This document shows, one piece after another, positions 58,771 to 64,000 of a DNA stretch of 64,000 nt. Source of the DNA: Candidatus Cloacimonadota bacterium (GTDB lineage Bacteria > Cloacimonadota > Cloacimonadia > JGIOTU-2); contig JBNGBT010000010.1 in NCBI GenBank assembly GCA_049903315.1, positions 25,071 to 89,070 of the forward strand, given 5' to 3'. Positions within the stretch are counted from its first letter, which is position 1. Each line of letters begins with the position of its first letter. The notes below the pieces were generated by a model. It searched no databases. It was given only the letters and a program-made list of their open reading frames with translations, and was not told the DNA's origin. A program made the position numbers and the translations under genes.

Positions 58771-60464
58771 GCTGTGGCGTAATTAACGCAATTATCATCT
58801 TCTCCAACTGGAACTGTTGCACTGGCAACATTCGAGGGGCCGGATTCTCCAAGATCATACACTGCGGTTACCCAGTATGTATACTCAGTTCCGGGAGTTA
58901 CAGGTTCATCCATAAAACTTGTGCAACATTCAAGACAATAACCTATGAAACCTCTTTCTATTTCATAAATATTGTATCCCAGGAGTATTGGATCGGGCAG
59001 GGACTTAAGACCATGTCCCTGATTATTATTGGGTGTGATGTTCATTATTTTGTAATTTTTCGCTACAATGGTATGATTACTCTGCGAAAATACATTTTTA
59101 GTAATTTTTTGTAAATTTCTGGATGTTGAAATATCTTTATGCTGCGATTTAACTTCAGGATTTTTTTGGGTGTGTGATATATTATAAGTGATTTCATTGC
59201 TTTGGTCGGGAAGCATTGCAGTAGTACGTATTGCAAAAACTCCGGAATTACACGATACAGCTTCATGAAAGAGCTGCCAGTTCGTTCCGTCATAATACCA
59301 GTCACAATTTGAGTTTGACCATGGTCCGTTCTCGTCGAAACCAACATAATTTGTGGAAGTCGGCAGATCATCCCAGTGGATCATTGCATAGAAATCACCG
59401 GAAAAGGGAATGTGCGGAGCAGGCACTGTTGTCCAGTAATTAGCAGGTATGACAAATGTATTACTGCTTCCAATATAATTTCTATCTGAATCAAATACAT
59501 CGACCCAGACATTCATACCTCCGGCTGACACATTTTCATCACCGTACACTTCAAAGCTTACTATCTCACCTGTGTCAATTGTAGAAAATAAGTTGCCGGT
59601 CCAGGCATCAGCTCCAGGATCGATACCCCAGCTGTTTTCATACGATCCGTCATCGAGAACATAATCAACCTGAGTACTTCCCCCGCCAGTTTGAGGAGAA
59701 TCCCATTCCAGAAATATACAGGTGTTTTGACCTGTTGCGGTGAAATTTTCAGGTGGAGGTAGATAGAGGGGTATATCAAAAGAAATGTATAATACCCATC
59801 CCGGATTTAGGTAAACACCATACGCACACACGAGTAAATATTCCTCGTAGTAAAAATACACATCATAAAATCCTGAAGGTATTGCATAATCTCCAAAAGA
59901 AAAGAAGCCGTTTTCGTCAGTGTATGTTTGAAAATTTCCACATATAACAAGCACTCCTTCCAGTCCAAAACCTCCATATGTTACCGTACCTGCTAATCCG
60001 CCACATTCCTCGGAATAATAAAGAGTTATGGGTATAGAAATATCCGATGCACCATTTGGTAATGCATTATTATGAACAATGATATCGGCGGTATATATGC
60101 CTGGAGTGATTGGAGGATCACTATACCACGTTACAATAACAGTTTGTGTTTGGCCGGGAGCGATAGTGCCGCTGTCAGGGGAAGCAGTAAGAATGATCAG
60201 ACTATCCATTGTGAGGATTTCGATATTCCATTCCAGGTTTTCTGCTTGTGGATCGGTGTTCGTATTTGAGATGCGCAGTTCATCGGAAACAGAGCCACCT
60301 GTGCCTGCAATCATGCCAAGTGTAAGTTCTGCCGGCTCGATATCGATTTCAGGTGGTGTGAGCGGTAAGATTGAATTAGATATTTGGTTTTCTAATGATC
60401 CTGCCGTACACAATGAAGCACAGAGCAACGTAATGGTTGTTAATAAAGTTAGTATTTTTTTCAT
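58503..60464 (-). CDS. Secreted T9SS cargo protein, paralog family member 3
   Basis: 653 aa with a signal peptide. N-terminal modules (TDPQAENLEWNIEI..., PPPENFTATGQNTCIFLEWDSPQTGGG...) are homologous to segments of 52880-58477. Conserved C-terminal sorting domain ...NGIYFYKLETDKKSLLKKMVLMK. Confidence 0.6.
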   Translation of the reverse strand: MKKILTLLTTITLLCASLCTAGSLENQISNSILPLTPPEIDIEPAELTLGMIAGTGGSVSDELRISNTNTDPQAENLEWNIEILTMDSLIILTASPDSGTIAPGQTQTVIVTWYSDPPITPGIYTADIIVHNNALPNGASDISIPITLYYSEECGGLAGTVTYGGFGLEGVLVICGNFQTYTDENGFFSFGDYAIPSGFYDVYFYYEEYLLVCAYGVYLNPGWVLYISFDIPLYLPPPENFTATGQNTCIFLEWDSPQTGGGSTQVDYVLDDGSYENSWGIDPGADAWTGNLFSTIDTGEIVSFEVYGDENVSAGGMNVWVDVFDSDRNYIGSSNTFVIPANYWTTVPAPHIPFSGDFYAMIHWDDLPTSTNYVGFDENGPWSNSNCDWYYDGTNWQLFHEAVSCNSGVFAIRTTAMLPDQSNEITYNISHTQKNPEVKSQHKDISTSRNLQKITKNVFSQSNHTIVAKNYKIMNITPNNNQGHGLKSLPDPILLGYNIYEIERGFIGYCLECCTSFMDEPVTPGTEYTYWVTAVYDLGESGPSNVASATVPVGEDDNCVNYATALHPNLPNPILNNTTFEFSLEGSSWVTLSVYNLKGQLVATLLDDELEQTASHRIEWDGSANGKKLANGIYFYKLETDKKSLLKKMVLMK

Positions 60465-60736
60465 GTATCCTCCCTGCCTTTAAGCTAATAAAGGTCGCTT
60501 AGTTCAAATATCTCCATTCTTCTCATTGTTTTTACCTGCCGAACAATGTTAAAAAGAAGTATTTCATCATAATATGTCAAATATATATTAATCCCGATTT
60601 GTCTATATATTACATTTTAGGAAATACGAGATCTATGCTGGCTAAAAAAAGTGATTAAAGAGAGACGTAATTCATAAAAACTGAGAAATATCTTTAAATT
60701 TTAATTCAGAGATTTTATAATGTGTGTTCGTTAGTA

Positions 60737-60803
60737 ACGCAAGATTCCAATCTTGCGTACTCAACATCGGAATGTTGAGTTACAATCTTCCTTTCAAGGG
60801 AAG
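60737..60803. repeat. Three consecutive perfect hairpins in an intergenic region
   Basis: ACGCAAGAT-tcca-ATCTTGCGT, ACTCAACAT-cgga-ATGTTGAGT and TCTTCC-tttcaag-GGAAGA. The first motif recurs at 28225-28285. Confidence 0.5.
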
Positions 60804-60934
60804 ACATTCAATGTAATCTGAATTGCATCAGTTAATATAAAATTCCTCTGAAAACCATATTTTCTTGACACTCTCCCTGCTCGTTTGCCAGTTTTGGTTC
60901 AAATGAAAAAATAATTCGGATGGAGGTTCATCGC

Positions 60935-61036
60935 ATGATCAGACTTATCCCTGGCGACACAGCCAGATTGCCAATAATGCAAATAGTGTGCTTTTTAGTC
61001 GTATCAACAACCGCCCGTCCGAGGTTCATACAATAA
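60935..61036 (+). CDS. Candidate 33-aa leader peptide ORF upstream of the ABC exporter pair
   Basis: GGAGG RBS at 60922-60926, 8 nt before the ATG. Encodes MIRLIPGDTARLPIMQIVCFLVVSTTARPRFIQ. Followed 17 nt later by a strong intrinsic terminator. Confidence 0.25.
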   Translation: MIRLIPGDTARLPIMQIVCFLVVSTTARPRFIQ

Positions 61037-61053
61037 AATAACATTTTTAATGT

Positions 61054-61090
61054 AAGCCACGGACAAGCGAATCCGTGGCTTTTTTGTTTT
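61054..61090 (+). terminator. Rho-independent terminator or attenuator hairpin
   Basis: Perfect 10-bp stem AAGCCACGGA/TCCGTGGCTT with loop CAAGCGAA, followed by TTTTTGTTTT. Confidence 0.6.
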
Positions 61091-61170
61091 ACCACACCAT
61101 TTAATAGCCCGGATTCACATTAAAAAAGCGGTACTTTTATGTTAATCAATATATCCTCTCGCAGGTCAAT

Positions 61171-63036
61171 ATGAAAAAATTATATTATTTATGGCAATTC
61201 ATGAAGGGCAACAGAGCTCTTTACATCATAGCTATCGCAGCAATCGGTATAGCCACATTTCTGTCATTCCTCTGGCCGATGGTGCTTCGAATCACTGTAG
61301 ATTCAATTATCGGTGACAAAGCTCTCGAAGCTCATGGCTGGCTTAAGCCGGTTTTTTCAGGTGCCTATAATTTCTTTGGCGGTCACTCAGGGCTGGTCGG
61401 AAAACTATGGATCTGTAGTGTAATACTTATTGCGATCACTTTGGTGAGAGGAGTATTTCTCTATTTCAAAGGCAAGTGGTCCGCAGTCGCCTCAGAATCC
61501 ATTTCGCAGCATATTCGGGATAAGGTTTATGATCATCTTCAGCTTCTTCCGTATGATTACCATGTGAAATCAAAAACAGGAGATCTAATACAGCGTTGCA
61601 CTTCGGATGTGGAGACTGTGCGAAGATTTCTCGCAATCCAGTTCGTGGAAGTGGGAAGAGCATTGTTCATGGTAGGATTTGCACTCTCATTTATGCTGCC
61701 GATGAGCGTCCCGATGACACTGGTTTCGATGGCGCTTGTTCCATTCATCTTCGGATTTGCAGTCGTGTTTTTCATGAAAGTAAAAAAGGCATTTCAGCTT
61801 TCTGATGAATCAGAAGGAAGGATGTCCACGGTACTGCAGGAAAATCTGAGTGGCGTGAGAGTGGTACGCGCGTTTGCACGTCAGGCACATGAGATAGGCA
61901 AATTCGATGACAAGAACAGTGAATACCGCGATCTCACCTACAGATTGATCTGGCTGCTTGCATGTTATTGGTCGATATCAGATTTTCTTTCCCTCATCCA
62001 GATCGCAGCCGTGCTTATTCTTGGAACGTTCTGGGCTGCACAAGGAATAATTTCTCTCGGCACACTCCTCGCCTTCTCAACTTTTGTTGGAATGATGCTC
62101 TGGCCTATCAGGCAGATGGGACGAGTGCTTACAGACATGGGCAAGACAATGGTTTCTGTTGGTCGTATCCACGAGATACTTGATGAGCCGACTGAAGAAT
62201 TTCATGAAGATGATGAAATTATGGTAACAGGAAAGATTGAATTTGATAATGTGAGTTTCGAATACGAAGACGGAAAACCGATCCTGAAGAACATATCTTT
62301 TGCAGCCGAACCCGGGCAGACTGTTGCCATTCTAGGACCCACGGGTTCCGGTAAATCTTCGCTGGTACATCTTATTCCCCGCTTATATGATTACACGAGC
62401 GGGTCCATCAAAATTGATGGAATGGAACTGAAGGATATTGATAAGCACGCCATTCGAAAAAACGTCGGACTCGTGCTTCAGGAACCCTTTCTGTTTTCAA
62501 GAACTCTTAAAAAAAATATCGGTATGAGTAGAATTGATTGTGAAGATGACGATGTTTTCGAAGCGGCGCAAATTGCATCAGTTCATGATGTCATCATGGA
62601 TTTCCAGAATGGGTATGAAACTGCAGTTGGCGAGCGCGGAGTCACATTATCCGGTGGTCAAAAGCAGAGAGTTGCCATGGCAAGAACTTTGGTCATGAAC
62701 ACGCCGATCTTAATATTCGATGATTCGCTGAGTGCGGTCGATACAGAAACAGATGCTGCAATAAGAACTCAATTGAATAAGAGAGAAAAGAAGGCAACAA
62801 CCTTCATCATCTCACATCGTTTGACCACACTATCTGAAGCGGACATCATACTTGTGCTCGAGCATGGCGAACTAGTACAGATCGGCTCACATGAAGAATT
62901 AGTGAACCAGGAAGGATTGTACAGGCGCGTCTGGATGATCCAGAATTCTCTGGAAGAAGAACTGGAAACAGAACTCGAAAGTAATAATATAAAAATCGGC
63001 ATAAATAATAAGAAAATTTCTTTGGAAACAGCATAA
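61171..63036 (+). CDS. ABC transporter permease/ATP-binding protein (type I exporter half-transporter), first of a heterodimeric pair
   Basis: 621 aa. N-terminal six-TM domain, then Walker A GPTGSGKSS, signature LSGGQKQRVAMAR and Walker B LIFDDSLSAVD. Confidence 0.9.
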   Translation: MKKLYYLWQFMKGNRALYIIAIAAIGIATFLSFLWPMVLRITVDSIIGDKALEAHGWLKPVFSGAYNFFGGHSGLVGKLWICSVILIAITLVRGVFLYFKGKWSAVASESISQHIRDKVYDHLQLLPYDYHVKSKTGDLIQRCTSDVETVRRFLAIQFVEVGRALFMVGFALSFMLPMSVPMTLVSMALVPFIFGFAVVFFMKVKKAFQLSDESEGRMSTVLQENLSGVRVVRAFARQAHEIGKFDDKNSEYRDLTYRLIWLLACYWSISDFLSLIQIAAVLILGTFWAAQGIISLGTLLAFSTFVGMMLWPIRQMGRVLTDMGKTMVSVGRIHEILDEPTEEFHEDDEIMVTGKIEFDNVSFEYEDGKPILKNISFAAEPGQTVAILGPTGSGKSSLVHLIPRLYDYTSGSIKIDGMELKDIDKHAIRKNVGLVLQEPFLFSRTLKKNIGMSRIDCEDDDVFEAAQIASVHDVIMDFQNGYETAVGERGVTLSGGQKQRVAMARTLVMNTPILIFDDSLSAVDTETDAAIRTQLNKREKKATTFIISHRLTTLSEADIILVLEHGELVQIGSHEELVNQEGLYRRVWMIQNSLEEELETELESNNIKIGINNKKISLETA

Positions 63037-63070
63037 AATGGTAACTCATAAAATTTTGTAGGATGATAAA

Positions 63071-64000
63071 ATGAGTGTATTTAAAGAACATGAATATACA
63101 AAGAGATTCGATTTCTCTCTCTGGAAAAAGTTAAACAGATTCATCAAACCATATAAGAAGAGAATGCTGGTTCTCGCTGTGTTCATGCTTGCGCTTGCAG
63201 GGGTCGATGTAATACTTCCCCTGATGACTAAATATGCGATCGACCACTTTGTCGTTCCTCAGAACACGCACGGCATAGTGGGTTTCGGCATCGTGTACTT
63301 TGTGCTCATACTTGTGCAGAGTTTGAATATCTACTTCTTCATTGCTATCGCAGGAAAGATCGAAATGGGCATCTCGTATGACATTCGCAAGAAAGGATTC
63401 GAACATCTGCAAGAGTTGTCTTTCAACTATTATGATAAAACTCCAGTGGGCTGGATCATGACGAGGATGACATCGGACAGCACACGTCTTGGCGAGTTCA
63501 TTTCATGGGGTTTAGTTGATATGGTGTGGGGTGTCTCACTCATGCTCGGCATTGTATTCGTGATGCTTTTCATGCATTGGAAGCTCGCGCTTATAACCCT
63601 GACTGTGGTTCCGGTGCTTGTTATGATAAGTTTATATTTCCAGAAGAAAATTCTTAAAGCATACAGAAAAGTCAGAAAGATAAATTCTCAGATCACGGGA
63701 GCATTCAGCGAAGGTATCACAGGAGCAAAGACGACAAAAACACTGGTTCGTGAAGAAGAAAATCTGCTCGAATTCCAGGAGATCACGACCAAAATGAACC
63801 GTTCTTCGGTTCGAGCTGCGATATTCTCATCGCTCTACCTGCCCGTGGTGCTTACACTTGGAAGCATCGGAACCGGACTCGTACTCTGGAGAGGTGGAAA
63901 TGGTGTGTTGCTCGGAACGATCTCGTACGGAACACTTGTTGCGTTCATCTCATATACAGTTCAATTTTTTGAGCCGCTTCGAGAGCTTTCACGCGTGTTT
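63071..64000 (+). CDS. ABC transporter permease/ATP-binding protein, second of the heterodimeric pair (partial, continues beyond the window end)
   Basis: Begins MSVFKEHEYTKRFDFSLWKKLNRFIKPYKKRMLVL... An ABC exporter TMD with no stop before 64000. Confidence 0.85.
   Translation, partial: MSVFKEHEYTKRFDFSLWKKLNRFIKPYKKRMLVLAVFMLALAGVDVILPLMTKYAIDHFVVPQNTHGIVGFGIVYFVLILVQSLNIYFFIAIAGKIEMGISYDIRKKGFEHLQELSFNYYDKTPVGWIMTRMTSDSTRLGEFISWGLVDMVWGVSLMLGIVFVMLFMHWKLALITLTVVPVLVMISLYFQKKILKAYRKVRKINSQITGAFSEGITGAKTTKTLVREEENLLEFQEITTKMNRSSVRAAIFSSLYLPVVLTLGSIGTGLVLWRGGNGVLLGTISYGTLVAFISYTVQFFEPLRELSRVF

Noticed and set aside
60481-61170. Possible housekeeping ncRNA (SRP RNA, 6S, RNase P, tmRNA) in the long intergenic region
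   Set aside because: None of the signature motifs (SRP domain IV GGAA/AGCAG loop, RNase P GGAAAGTCCGGGCT, tmRNA tag-ORF) are present. Only the hairpin array and leader-terminator structure were retained as findings.

Overview
This AT-rich window is from an anaerobic bacterium and is almost entirely coding, with no rRNA, CRISPR array or transposase. The overall gene content (Por/T9SS-type C-terminal sorting domains, an Rnf complex, a membrane H+/Na+-pyrophosphatase and a group 4 [NiFe] hydrogenase) suggests an FCB-superphylum organism, possibly Cloacimonadota-like, but that is inference from gene content only.

The + strand half (1-28 kb) holds three blocks.
- Block 1: a 17 kb energy-converting [NiFe] hydrogenase supercluster. 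It starts with a HydB/HydG-like NAD(P)H-oxidoreductase module and a ferredoxin. These precede NuoH/B/C/D-like Mbh core subunits whose catalytic large subunit carries both Ni-binding motifs (RxCGxCxxxH and DPCxxCxxR). Then come NuoL-like plus Mrp B-G antiporter subunits, a NuoI-like ferredoxin, a frameshifted hycI and hypFCDE.
- Block 2: a Pho regulon block, nptA-phoU-like, phoB-phoR with a small co-operonic sigma-70-family gene, and porin-pstSCAB-phoU.
- Block 3: a HepT/MntA toxin-antitoxin pair.

The - strand half (28-60 kb) holds rnfCDGEAB, ftsY, tRNA-Val(CAC), ppdK, nadD, two TPR lipoproteins, an M18 aminopeptidase, an IDH-family dehydrogenase and greA. These are followed by an accessory region of secreted proteins with T9SS C-terminal sorting domains: a 1387-aa S8 peptidase with FG-GAP repeats, a GH18 protein, and a tandem array of three mosaic paralogs of 490, 1865 and 653 aa. 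The three paralogs share near-identical 3' DNA of about 270 bp.

The window ends with an intergenic region containing a hairpin-rich element, a 33-codon leader-like ORF with a strong intrinsic terminator, and a heterodimeric ABC exporter pair. The partial H+-PPase gene sits at the window start.
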